In this document: positions 1 through 12,749 of the stretch, piece by piece
Layout of the letters: each line of letters starts with the position of its first letter
Numbering within the stretch: the stretch's first letter is position 1
Assembly: GCF_028641065.1 (NCBI RefSeq)
Contig: NC_073406.1
Location: 5,518,001 to 5,582,000, forward strand
Length of the DNA stretch: 64,000 nucleotides
Direction of reading: 5' to 3'
Source of the DNA: Leucoraja erinacea
Lineage: Eukaryota
Notes under the pieces: model-generated
Database searches by the model: none
The model's input: only the letters and a program-made list of their open reading frames with translations
Told to the model about the DNA's origin: nothing
Program-made: the position numbers and the translations under genes

Positions 1-1229
1 TAATAGCTACTGCTTAATTTTGATTTCAAAACGATCGTGTGGTGTTGTATTGTGATTGTGTGTCATGGTTTGTAAAGCCTAATCTTGTGGTTCATCAATC
101 ACATTGATCTTTTCCTCTAAATTCCCCCCACCCCCTTCCACAGTTCCACAGTTCCATCCATACATGCATTAGCTCAGTGCCATATGTCCCATAGTAGGAT
201 CACTACCGACATAAACCCTACCCTCGTCTAATGCACAGCAGCTACTTGTGCATCTGGTTGGAAGCACTCAATGTTATCCAGGACAAGATGTCAATGAGTT
301 CTCTCTCCCTAAATCTCAGTGTAGAAATATTTGTAAACAAGAGTGAAACTTTCTTTATATGATCCCATATGGTATGTAGAAATGCACGTCTGATTCTCCT
401 CTACTCATTGCGGACATTGGACATTGTATCTGCAACTTGTGCTACAATGCTGAGAACTGCAGGATATTCTGCACTGGGTATGCTCCCTTCATTGATCTTT
501 TCACTGCACTTGATTTTGGTTTTATTGTATTTATGTATAAATGTATAATGGAAAGCATTCTAAACAGAGCTTTTCACCGTACCTCAACGCACATGACAAT
601 AATAAACCTAATGGTTGATAATTATTTTGGGAGGAAATCACTCCAATTATGTTGCGATGGGGGGATGCCCTTTGATGTGCGCATTGTAAGAGCTGAGCTC
701 TGGATTTAGTTGGTCAGTTTGTCTCCTTTTTTCCCTTGAAGGCACCATCTGTTACAGGGGAATGGGTCCAGTGGGTATTATTGCATTAGACCAGAGTTAA
801 ATTTCCCCCCACTTTGTTACCTAGGGACATGAAGATAAATTGAACTGCTCCCATAATCATTCTAATTATATCAGCTGGAACTAACAAGCATTTGAATTCC
901 AAACCCCTACCAGCAGCTGAGTTATAATACAGAGTCTTTAGCATCTAAGCCATTGGAGATGTTTGCACTGTCTTTACACACTCTGAAGCTGAAAAGTGGT
1001 AAGCGTGATTAATCTGTGCCTAAATGGTGTGCAAACCATGCACCATAGGAAGTATACTGTAGACACAAGGATTTGCAGTGACTGATTGACAAAAAAAAAG
1101 ACACAAGGAACAGAAGTAACTCAGCGGATTATTTCTGGAGAACATGGATAGGCGACATTTTGGAAGAGAGGTGGGTCGGGACAAATCCTGGCAAGTGATA
1201 GATGGATACAGGTGAGGGGGGTTTAGAAA

Positions 1230-1735
1230 GCAAACTGTCCAGTTGCATTTGGGAACAGTTCTCCCCAAGAGCATAAGAAATTACAGAGCAGTGGATGTAG
1301 CCCAGTCCATCATACAGACTAGACTCCCCACTGTCGACTCCATCTACCCTTCACACTGCCTTAGAAGAGCAGCCAACATAATCAAAGACTTGTCCCAAAC
1401 CGGTCATTCCTTCTTCTCCCTGCTTCCATCTGGCAGAAGGTACAGGAGCTTGAAAGCATGCTCCAACAGATTAGGAACAGCTTCTTCCCCTCTGTTATCA
1501 GGGTTCTGAAAGGTCCTTTAATAAGCTAGGGTTCACCTCTACTGCATTGTGGAGATAGGTCTATGGAACTGGTGCGCTACAATGCTGAGAACCATATACT
1601 GCACTCTGTATCTTCCCCTTAGCTCTATCGATTGTACTTGAGTTTGACAATTGTATTTATGCATATTATCTGATATGATTGGATAGCATGCAAAACAAAG
1701 CTTTTCACTGTACCTTGACAATAATAAACCTAAAT
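1230..1735 (+). mobile_element. Rex1/Babar-like LINE 3' fragment
   Basis: ORF 1243-1509 has the C-terminal motif RRAANIIKD..GHSFFSLLPSGRRYRSLK, followed by the common 3' UTR ending acaataataaacc (also at about 400-610, 29347-29540 and 49070-49195). Confidence 0.7.
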
Positions 1736-1824
1736 CTATATCTAACCACCTGATCAGCAGTTGAAATCAATATCATTGGTTCACCTCGTATGTTTTTTTT
1801 CTTCAGTTCAATCATAAAAAGGAA

Positions 1825-2293
1825 ATGGCACGGTGGTACCTCATGCCTCCTTTCCTCTTCATCCTGGCGTTTGATGCTCTGAGTCAGGTTTGTGCTCTGG
1901 AAGCTGACAACAGAGATAAGAAGAGCATACAGCAACCATCTGACAGCAGCAACAATCTGAAGAAACATGACTCCTGGCCAGACCAGCCCAGACCAGGGCG
2001 CAAGCATGGTACCCAGAGGAAGGAAAAAGCCAACACAATGGTGACCAGAGTGATGGATGGAGACAGGCCAGATGGAGATGGTGTGGGATTGGAGAGTCTG
2101 ACACCAGTACGTGTGGAGACAGACAGTCTGGAGAGAGCAGCCATACTGGAGGAGGGAGCTATAGATCAGAGTGGCCAGTTTTATCCTCAAGAACTAGAAA
2201 ATTACCGCACAGTGGAATCTGCAAATAAAGGGAAAAAACACCACAGAGATCACAAGAAACACAATCGAAGAGAGCGAGCCCGACAGAATAAAG
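1825..2293 (+). CDS. DRAXIN: DRAXIN coding exon 1 (signal peptide, basic region)
   Basis: Acceptor ttttcttcag ends 1806; ATG at 1825; hydrophobic leader MARWYLMPPFLFILAFDALSQVCA; GLESLTPVRVE motif; donor AAG/gtaag after 2293. Confidence 0.92.
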
Positions 2294-2334
2294 GTAAGAG
2301 GGACCATGGAATGGTTTGATTGATTGACTGATTG

Positions 2335-2635
2335 AAAGATACAACATGGAAACAGGCCCTTAGGCCCACCGAGTCCACTTCGACCATCGATCACCTGTTC
2401 ACACTAGTTCCATGTTATCCCACTTTCCCATCCACTCCCTGCACACTAGGGGAAATTTACAGAGGCCAATTAACCTACAAACTTGCACATCTTTGGGACA
2501 TGGGAGGGAACCCGAGCACCCTGAGGAAACCCACATTGTCACAGGGAGATTGTACAAACTCCACACAGATCAGGTCGAACTAGCATCTCTGGCACTATGA
2601 AGCAGCTGCTCTATCAGCTGCATCACTGTGTCACC
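2335..2635 (-). mobile_element. HE1-like V-SINE
   Basis: Reverse strand has a tRNA-like head, the V-domain-like tgtgtggagtttgtacaatctccctgtg and a CR1-like tail gggcctgtttccatgttgtatc; same family at 18560, 34600, 47425 and 59610. Confidence 0.75.
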
Positions 2636-3258
2636 CTTGTGTTCTGATGAATACATTTTTATTTTAAATATATTCCATGAGCTGGAAAGATTCTCTAGGA
2701 TTAGAAATGCCCAGCGAAAATTAGTTGTTATAACATCGCATGTTAAAATTAAAAATAATGTATAACTTATGTAAATCCAATTACAGTGTTGATAGTGTAA
2801 GTGTTTTTTCATCAACATTATTAATTTGAAAAAACCCAAGAATATCAAACCCAGAAAGTTCCAGACTGAATGATTGTTTTTACAATTGTCCCATCATCTT
2901 GTGTCTCATTCTGTTCATCTCCTACCCTGCATATACTGTGGTCATCCAGAATTCTGCAGCCCATATTCTACTCCATGGCAAGTTCTGCTCATCCATCACC
3001 TCTGCTTTTTCTCAACTTTTCAATTTAAAACATTAATTGCCAGTTTTAAATACATTTGAAGCCCTACTCCTTCCTGTCTCTGAAATATTTTCCAGTTTAA
3101 TAAAATTCCTGAAACTAAACTGTTCAAACTGCAGTCTCTTTCATATCGTGTACACATCTCCACCCCCCCCACTCCCCCATTCCACATTTAGTGCCTTTAC
3201 CTTTGACCACCAAGATATTGTAGAATTTTCTCTCTTCATTTCTCTTCACCATTTCACC

Positions 3259-3868
3259 AAAAGTGCATAAAAATACTTTTGAAGTGGCACAGGACAGGAG
3301 AGATGAAGGCTGCCATTACTGCAGAGATGAAAGTTAAGATTTTACTGATAGTTTAGCTTTGGTGCTTAAATTTTAGTCAGAAAGGATGTCCTAGGTTGTG
3401 TTCATTGGGTGCAGGATGGTTGAGGTGTTCGAAAACATTTGGTAAAGGGAGACATAATGTTGAAATAATTGGCATTACTTTTACATGCAAATCAGTAGAA
3501 AGTCTGATTATTATTTCCAGCATTTTTTTTTTTGTCGGTCTAAACTTCCCAAACTGCGATGGTGACATTTGCATTTATGTCAGACCTTCATATCTATCTC
3601 AGTGCAAAAAGCAAAGTGTGAGAGGAACTTAGTGGGTCGGGCAGCACCTGTGGAGGAAATGGACATATAACATTTTGGGTCAGGACCCATCTTCAGAAGG
3701 GTTTCTCTATTCCCTCTGCATATGCTGCCTGACCCACTGAATTCCTCCAACACTCTGTTTTTTGTTCATGATTCTAGCATGTGCTGTCTCTTGTGTCAGC
3801 ATTTTTTACCCTCGGTGCCCGAATTAAAATTTTCACCAGGTTGAGATTGATAAATCACCTAGTGATTT
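3259..3868 (+). repeat. Local duplication, copy 1 (copy 2 at 7916-8428)
   Basis: Long near-identical runs (cacaggacaggagagatgaaggctgcc ... gttgagattgataaatcac.tagtgattt) occur in both DRAXIN introns. Confidence 0.92.
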
Positions 3869-6709
3869 CTTTCATTTACTTTAAAATCTACTTTGAAATT
3901 CATGTATGTGATTAATTTGTCCTAATTTGGTCTTTGTTCAAGTATCCTTATTTTGTACTCTTTTGAACATATTTCAAACAAAAAGCATTATATACACCTG
4001 TGGTCTATCTGCTTTCATGTTTTCCTGTTTTGATACGTTTATTTCAGTATCTCATCCTGCCTTCTGTTTCCTTTCACACCCCCCTCCTTTTCCCAATAAC
4101 TATTTTTTTTGCATAAGCTTTGAAGCAATCTTTGCCTCTCTCTACCTCTGCTGCCACTTTTCTCCTCTTCCTTTCTGTGCTCTCCACATTATTCATTGTC
4201 CCTTCTTTTTATTTAGATTTTCCCCACTTCTTCTTCCTCAGTCTCTTTTACTCTCATTTTCTCTCTCTCTCTTATCTGTTCCTCTCCTTCCTTTTCTCGG
4301 TCATTCACTTACATTTCCTTCAGGGCATGCGTTATTGTACGGTTAATTGAGGTTATTGCTCTTGAATCAAATTGCAGTTTTGGTCATAATTCTGCTAGAC
4401 AGTACGAGCTATACCATATCTGTTCTACCCCCAGCCTTGCTTGGGGGTGTTTGCTACATTCCATCTGCACGCTGTCTGCTCTGGTTCAAACCTTGTTCAG
4501 GGACTCTGCATTCTATTTGCATCGCTTCCATTCCTATTTTTGGATACGACATGTCTGAATAAATGTGCATTTGAAACCAAAAGTAATGTAATCAATTGCT
4601 GGACTAGTGTACTACAGTCATTGGCTGCTACATGCAAGATAAAAAAAAGAGAAAAAAACAGACAGGAGAAAAACGCAAATTAATATGAACAAGAATATTC
4701 TTGCTGTGGTTTGTTCAAATCCTCACCTCTTTGTTCATTGTGTGAAATAATAATCTGATATTAAGAGGCAGCTCGGATCTCTCTGACAACGCTTTTTGTA
4801 TTTCAGCTGCTTGGGTGATTGGATAGGTCAACCCCTATGGTGAGAATGTAAAACCAAATGCACTGACTCCCTGCTATTGAGCCTAATTTGGTGCAGCTTA
4901 AGGCAAGAGGCTTAAAGAAATGTTAGCTGAGTCAATGGGGATAGCTGTCTGTGACCACACCTGCGTCTACCTGACTCTGTTTTACAGATCAGCATTGTAC
5001 TTTTGGCGTCGTTTTCTCCAACATACAGAGCTGGAAGTCCCTGATCACAGTCGCGATCAGGGAAAGCCAATTTTCTTTTGACAAACTGCATTTAATTTAT
5101 TTGTAACTAGCATTCTCTTCACTCCATGCTGATCATTTATTAGCAAAGAAGATTGCCTCCAAATTCTCTACAGCAGAATTACTGATTGAAGCAAACAACG
5201 GCTCTGTAATTGCTTCCAAGATATATTGAAAATACCAACAATCATCCTGATTTACAACTTTTATCAGCTCACATTCTCTTTGATCTCACAGTGTTTTGGT
5301 GAGAACATGTTTTTTATGATCAACGCTGTGTATGTTTTGTGCCCTTCTGTGACTTGATTAAATAGAACCTCCAAAATTAATCTGAAATGGCCAATGAAGT
5401 CTCTTGCAAAATCACTGAATTTGTCATTATAACCTCATTAAAAATATATCAAATAACAGGCAGTGTAATGTTAAATAAAGACCAGTACACCAGTACATTT
5501 TAATGGGGTCTATGTACCAGTTATATAGCTGCATGGAGTCTTGTGTAGTCAGTAGAGTTCCCTGGGGATTCAGTTCAACATTCATCTACCAGCCTACATT
5601 AGTAAAAGCACATGTTAATTTCCTCATTGTTGTTTGAGGCGTCGTGCTGCATCTACATTTAGTTCCCTATTTCAACATTTCCACCTACCTTTTTAAACAC
5701 TTTACCATCACTGGGTACCCCATCATCAACAACCTGAAACTCAAGACACATAATAGTCCAGACACATAAATAAAGTACAAGAGAAGATCAGATATTGGAC
5801 ATCATGCAGCAAGTTACTTACAGCCAGATACACTAAGCATTTTGGCTTTCTTGGGGAATGTTCCCCATTTCCCTGGATGTGTGCAGCTCCAACAATACCA
5901 GAAATGTTTAACACCATTCAGGGCAGTGCAAAATGGGATGAAGAATGTTATTAAGGACATATTCATGTGGTAGATCAATAATGTACAGGGCATTAGTTTG
6001 GAAATGATCAAGCTGAGAGCAAACTACTCCCTGTCGATCACAGCACTTAGTAAAAGCAGCAGAGGAAGAAGAGCTGAGAATTAACTTATGTTCAAAACAC
6101 AAAAGTGGCGGAGTAACTCAGCAGGTCAGACAACATCTGAGGAGGGAATGGACAGGCAACGTTTCCGGTCAGGATCCTTCCTCAAACTGTTCGCGGAAGG
6201 GGGGAGGTAGCTGGAAATGTGAGATGGGGACATGATTGGGGGGGGGGTGAAGAGAGGAGATATGAGCCTGACGCCATTTGGCCTTTTTCTTTCATCCTGG
6301 CTCATGTTTTCAATCTTAAACCAGTTGTTACATTGTAAATGCTAAATGAGGATTATCTATGGTATATTAATTGATTGAGATGATTATTACTTTACTTTTC
6401 ACAGCAGTGAGAGTGAGCAATTGTGATAGGGAGCATAACAACCGATCAAGTGACACAAACTAGAGGCTACAAAATAAATAGATGATTATGCAATCCAGTC
6501 ACACCAAGGTGTCTCTCTTACTTTGTCACCCATTGCCTTCTAGTACAGTAACATTGCTGCTGCACAGCAAGTTCTTGGCAGTCTACCACACAACAGGTGT
6601 TCTTTACTCTGTTTCTTCCTCCCAACCGACCTTTGTCGTCTTATTGGTGATTTGGTTTTTTTTAAGCATCTGCTGATTAATCTGTCACTTTTTGATCCTC
6701 TCTTGGCAG

Positions 6710-6891
6710 TGAAAGTATCAGAAGCTGCGTTAATCTCATCCATAAAGGGTATAACACAAGGCAAGGTGAAGGATGAGCTTTCCACAAGGCCCCTGACGAT
6801 GTCCAGCGGTGCGGTGACCAGCACTTTGCTGACCACCATTACAACAGAGGAAGTTCCGGCAGTAAAGACCAGACAGCAAACCAGAGAACAG
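6710..6891 (+). CDS. DRAXIN: DRAXIN coding exon 2 (Thr/Ser-rich linker)
   Basis: ctcttggcag acceptor and CAG/gtaaac donor; 182 nt bridges phase 1 to phase 0 as the flanking exons require; KVSEAALISS...KTRQQTREQ. Confidence 0.85.
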
Positions 6892-7915
6892 GTAAACCAA
6901 TTGTACCTGGTCACCCTCCCATCACCAGCAACAGCAAATAGCATACCTTCAGCAAACCATAAAGTGCTGGAGGGACTCAGTGAGTTAGGTAGCATCGGTG
7001 GAGGAATGGACATTTCAGGCTGGGACCCCTTCCGACTGACAGAATACGGTAAAGAAAGCTTTAAAAAAAGAGGGATGGGGCGGGATAAAGCCTGACAAGT
7101 GATCGGTTGATGCAGCTGAGAGGGCTGATTGGCAGATTGGCGGAGTAAGTGACAAAAGCTGGAGGTGAAAAGGAGATGAAGGGTGTCAGATAAGGAGAGA
7201 AGAGGAGTGGAATGTAAAATCGGAGGGATGGTTCTGGAGGACAAAGAGGAGGGTAAAGTGTGAAGATAAAAGGGAAATGGGGGACTTGGGATGGGAGTTG
7301 AGTGTAATCTTATTTCAACAGAGTTTAATGAAGAAGAAATGTCTTTATCAAGGGAGGTTCTCATTGTAATTCTATTAAATCATGCTGTGATAAATGATTC
7401 ATGTTGTTACATCATGATCTGCCCTCCCTCAGGAGTTTGTGAAGTCCATCGCGTAACATCACTGACATGTCACAGAGCAGCAGTGGTACTTGGAGGCTTG
7501 ATTATCTACAGGAAAATGCATCTGAATCTTCCAATCACAAATTAAGAACAAAAAGGAAATTGAATATTTAAAGTTTGGCTCAACAACTGGTTTCTTTTCC
7601 AACTATTTCATTGTTGTTCATAGATTGACATCACAATTGTGGTAAATACATACTCATGTGATGTCTTTGTTATAGAAAACCTCTTTGGGGAACAAATCAA
7701 CTTTGGCCCAAAGTGTAGAGAGATTTAGATAATGGCAAGGATTTTTAAATCAATGTATTGAGGGAATAGTATTGGCTGAAATGTCTATAAGCAGGCAGTG
7801 CTAGATAAAATGCAGGGAGGTTAATTTTAAAATTAACCTTAAAATGCAGGGAGGTTAATTTTACAGAGTGGAGCTTATAAAGGTTAAAAAGAACCACACC
7901 ATGTAAAGCGGCAAC

Positions 7916-8428
7916 AAAAGTGCTGAAAAATACTTTAGTAATTGCACAGGACAGGAGAGATGAAGGCTGCCAGTACTGTAGAGATGAATGTTCTGATTTT
8001 ACTGATAGTTTAGCTTTGGTTCTTAAATTTTAGTCAGAAAGGATGTCCTAGGTTGTGTTCATCGGGTGCAGGTTGGTTAGGGTTCAGAAAGCATTTGGTA
8101 AAACTTCCCAAACTGCGATGGTAACATTTGCATCTATGTCAGTGCATACTATCTATCTCAGTACAAAAAGCAAAGTGTGAGAGGAACTTAGTGGGTCGGG
8201 CAGCACCTGTGGAGGAAATGGACATACCCTGTAACATTTTGGGTCAGGACCCATCTTCATATTTCTCTAGTCCCTCTGCATATGCTGCCTGACCCACTGA
8301 ATTCCTCCAACACTCTGTTTTTTGTTCATGATTCTAGCATGTGCTGTCTCTTGTGTCTGCATTTTTTCCCCTCGGTGCCTGAATTAAAATTTTCACCAGG
8401 TTGAGATTGATAAATCACTTAGTGATTT
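7916..8428 (+). repeat. Local duplication, copy 2 (lacks about 90 nt present in copy 1)
   Basis: Direct alignment by eye to 3259-3868. Confidence 0.92.
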
Positions 8429-8698
8429 ATCTCTGAATATTCCTAAATTGTTGCTGTTTCCCAGTCATCTCTATCCGTAAAATATAAATTCTTCCAATCT
8501 AATAGCCGTGACTTTCTTTGCTGTTTCATTTCATTACCACTCATTGCCATGACCTCTACATCCTTTTTAATATTCTTTGTTTTACTTCTCAAACAATTAA
8601 TTCTCCTTTAATGACCCCCCGACTCCATTGGCCATTCATTTCTCTGCTTCCCCTGCCCTCATCTCTGACCCTCTCATCATTGCCCTGAGCTCATGTAG

Positions 8699-8810
8699 GC
8701 TGGAGTAAGAACAGTCGCTGAGGTAAACCCCACACTCGACATGACGCTCTTTGACTGGACAGATTATGAAGACATGAAGCCAGATATGTGGCCTTCAGCA
8801 AAGAAGAAAG
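8699..8810 (+). CDS. DRAXIN: DRAXIN coding exon 3 (acidic netrin-binding segment)
   Basis: [37 protein letters not shown]; tag acceptor, AAG/gtaac donor. Confidence 0.95.
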
Positions 8811-9529
8811 GTAACAGATGGAGGCACAAAAGGATGTTGGCAATGTGAATATAGGGAGTTGGGGGCATGGGGAAGTGAGCGTGTATGATTGGAGTGAGCC
8901 TCACTCAGAATGTAATTACTTTGGAACGGGAGAGTGCACTTTATATCTACATTGTGTGGAAATATATTTTCTTAACACCACCCCTTTATTATTTTAATGT
9001 TATTTCGTCTTGATTTGAATTTCTCAACCAGAGGAAATAATTTATTTTCATCTGATCTTATTAATTATAGAAGTGCAGTCCCTTTGGCCCAACTCGTCCA
9101 TGCCGACCAAGATGCCCCATTTAAGTCAGTCCGTGTTCGGCTAAAATTCCTCTAAACCTTTTGCATCCACCAACCTGCCCAAGTGTCTTTTAAATGTTGT
9201 TATTGTACAACCTGTCTCAACTGCTTCCTCTGGCGGCTCGTTCCATATACCCACCAACATAGTATTTCAGGTTCCTGTTAAATCTTTCCTCTCTCACTTT
9301 AAATCTATGCCCTTGACTCCCCCTACCCTGGGAAAATGGTTCCTGCTCTGGCAAATCCTCTAATTATCATTAATATCTCAGTTAATCATCAATACTTGAG
9401 GGTATGCAAGCCTGTCGGTACAATCTGTCCTTAATATTTAACCAATTTACCCATGGCTTGGTGAATCTGAGCAGTTACACTACTGGCATGTATTTCCTCT
9501 TGAAAGCTTGTTTTTTCTTTTCCTTGCAG

Positions 9530-9619
9530 ATAAGCGTCGCAGCAAGAATCTGAGTAATGGGAACATTACGTCTGTGGCTGAAGTAGAGCCGTGTGATCAT
9601 CACCTTGACTGTCTGCCTG
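9530..9619 (+). CDS. DRAXIN: DRAXIN coding exon 4
   Basis: tccttgcag acceptor; [30 protein letters not shown]; G/gtacc donor; 90 nt. Confidence 0.95.
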
Positions 9620-10184
9620 GTACCTGCACAATTCCTACGCAGCCTGAGGCTTTAACCTTTTGTTCCTTTAAAATAATGTCTGAGTCATTCACTGTTACAA
9701 TCAGAAACCAGTCGTCTTCTAACTGTGACCTTAAATGTCCATTAATTGCAAAGACAAGCAGTCGGCTCATGACATTGCTGTTGGGAAATGGATTGAAATG
9801 CCGTTGCTAAGGTTTGAGATGTGTGTGACTGTCAACATTACGGTTCAGCTGTAGTCTCCTCTTTGGTACCATGGCCATTGTGGCAGTTTAATTGAAAGGT
9901 AATGAGTTGCGAATGTGTCCTGATGCTGTCACCAGTTCTGCGTCTTGCTGTGGTGTCAGAGTGAGAGGAAAGTAAAAGAGACACAAACAATACACTGTGA
10001 GTGACAGCACCTTGGTTATTAGTAGCATCTCGTCTTATGTTCGGGTTCGGCTGAGTGAGAGTCTATAATGTCAGAGGTGCTCCTCTTTAAAAGAGCTGTT
10101 AAGCTGAAGACCATTATAGATGCAAGTAAAAATCAAACAACTCTGTTTGAAGGACAGCAATTCACTCCAGCATTCTGGTCAAAT

Positions 10185-10580
10185 ATTCAAGATTCAAGAA
10201 TGTTTAATTGTCATATGTACTGACATGGGAACAATTACATTCTTACATGCAGTAGGTCAATCGGCCTATAAGCTCAATGCACACAGATAAATACAATAAT
10301 TAAATATATAATAAATTATTAACCTTAAAATTAGTTCAAGATAAAATAAAGTCTGTCGTGCAGCCAAAGACTTAGTCCAGATAAGTCAATAGTTGTGGTT
10401 AGTGTTGTGTTCAAGAGCCTGTTGGTTGCTAGGAAGAAGCTATTCCTGAACCTGGTGGTCACAGTTTTCAAGCTTCTGTGCTTGTTCCCAATGAAAGGAG
10501 TGAAATGAGAGCGTGGGCAAGATGGTGTGGGGTCTTTATTGATATCAGCTGCCTTTTTGAGGCAGTGCTTCCCATAGCTC
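10185..10580 (-). mobile_element. Rex1/Babar-like LINE 3' fragment
   Basis: Minus ORF with CLKKAADINKDP...TTRFRNSFF; ttcaaga repeat tail. Confidence 0.7.
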
Positions 10581-12610
10581 AGCACCTGTGAAGGAAGTAG
10601 GCAGAGTCTACCTCTATGATGATCTTGGGGCCATGTTGTACAAAAATTGGCTGTCGTAATTTCCCATGGAACCACAGTGAGCACACAACATAAGTACTTC
10701 ACCAGCTGAATGCAATTTTAGATTATCCCACAAGTACTACATAAATAGAAGTTTCTTATGTTTAAATGTAATTGGCTGAAAGCTTATTAGGTTAAACCTC
10801 ATAGTAGGTATCCTGGTACGCGTCAACATAAACCCTGAAATGGTTAATCTAATTGCTTACTTTTACTTCATTCGACCCAGTTATATTTGCTGCAGACCTT
10901 TCTCTGAACATCCCCGACATGCCTAGCTTTTCAGACTCTGTGCAGTTAATTAAACAGAGACTGAGAAATCCAGTGGGAGATTCATTAAGATTAATTGCTG
11001 AACACAATAATCTAATGATTTTGGAGAATGGGGGGGATTAACTGTGAATGCTGCAGGCAGCAAAACATTGGCACTTTGGAGTTACCAACTCATGCACGGA
11101 ACAAAGGCACTCTGGATCGTGTCCTGTGGTGCTGTGCCTTATGCACATTCTCTGTTCTGCTGCCATCTCTACACAGCTGCTGTATAATCACTGGAGGCAC
11201 TGACTGAAACAGTTATAAGGCGCACGTCACATGCCTGTCTTGTGATCATTTATGTCATTCCTGATATCAAATGATTTATGGAGATAGTTGGATTGCTGGG
11301 AAGCAATCAAGGAAATCTTGTCAACCTTTCTTCGTTTTCTGTTCTCTGAGGCAGAAGAGATCCTCCCACAGTCTAATGTGGTCTGTCCATCAAGAGGTAG
11401 ATGGATATTATCTTCACTGATCTTGGCTGCACTATAGATGTTCTTTTTGTACTAATATCATGGTTATTAAAGTGATAAATGTAATAACTAGCATAAACCA
11501 CTGTACATAAAAAAGGCACAAAGTGCTGGAGTAACTCAGTGGGTCAGGCTGCATCTCTGGAGAACATGGATAGGTGACCTTTTGGGTCAGGGCCCTTCTT
11601 CAGACTGAATTTTGGACATTTTGGGGGTTATTCATTTATTGATTTTTGTCTATTATCTATTACTCATGAGTATTGTGTTTATTGTGTTTACTGTTGAAAG
11701 TAAGAATTTCATTACTCTGAGGTTGCAAAGATGGGAAGGAACAAAGTAATGGGGGGGGGATTTGAAAATGAGGAAGCATTTGGAACCGTAAGCCTATAGT
11801 ATGCATATGCATCATGTTCTGCACAGATATTGTGGGCCAAAGGGCCTGTTCTGTATTGTTATATGTTCCATGTAATCATTAATGAGAAGTGGTGCAAAAT
11901 AGGATGCAGGCAGATGCGTTTTGGATAGGCTGATGATAATGGAGCAAGAGTGGGAAACATGGCCAAAAAAACATTGCTGTGTTAGTGTAGAGATAAAAAG
12001 CATAGAGCATGCTTTCAGGAGCAAGTGAGGCGAGAAAGGGGCAGAGAATGATGTTACTAAGATAGACTATTTTAAGAACAGAGATAATAAAGGATCATAT
12101 GCTCAGTTAGGTGTTCAATGGGACAGATGAAGGCTGCAAACAACCTGGTTCAATCTTAGACATTGCCCAAACAGAAGCATAAGAAAAGAAGGTAAGAAAG
12201 AAATGAATAGCAGCAAGGTCTGAAAGGATTTGACCTTCCCGATAGTTAATTGGAGAAAACTTCTACTATAACTATGTATTTTATATCTGACATATATCTT
12301 TGCATTATTGGAAACAGAAAATACTGCAACTACTTAATCAGTTCCTGTAGGTGGAGAAATGATGATAATATTAATTTAATACATCACCAATTTCTCTCTT
12401 CACAGGTGCATCCTGATTATTTAGTATTTCCAGCATCTTTCTGTTTAGTTTTCAAAATTTCAGCTTGTAATTATTGCTTTCCTATTGTTGCAGTATTTTT
12501 CATTATGGGTGGAGTCTGCCTTTCTGTCTGCCACCTTTTCAGCAATTGTGATAATTTGCGGCACAATCTCCCTTATAAACCCGTAAATTTGTTTGTACCC
12601 TTTTCCACAG

Positions 12611-12700
12611 GTTGGTGCTGTGATCTCCGACAGCACATCTGTAAAGCCCATAACCGCGGCCTCAATAACAAGTGCTATGATGACTGCATGTGTGCAGAAG
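12611..12700 (+). CDS. DRAXIN: DRAXIN coding exon 5 (Cys-rich)
   Basis: ttttccacag acceptor; GWCCDLRQHICKAHNRGLNNKCYDDCMCAE; G/gtgggt donor; 90 nt. Confidence 0.96.
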
Positions 12701-12749
12701 GTGGGTGCTACCTATGGTTTAGACTTTAAACAATGGATATTAAACCAAG

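Noticed and set aside
3927-4350. Hydrophobic 139-aa ORF as a membrane protein
   Set aside because: Translation of a pyrimidine-rich intronic low-complexity tract.
6540-7364. 274-aa minus-strand ORF
   Set aside because: Antisense shadow of DRAXIN coding exon 2 plus a purine-rich PLE-derived repeat; no domain.
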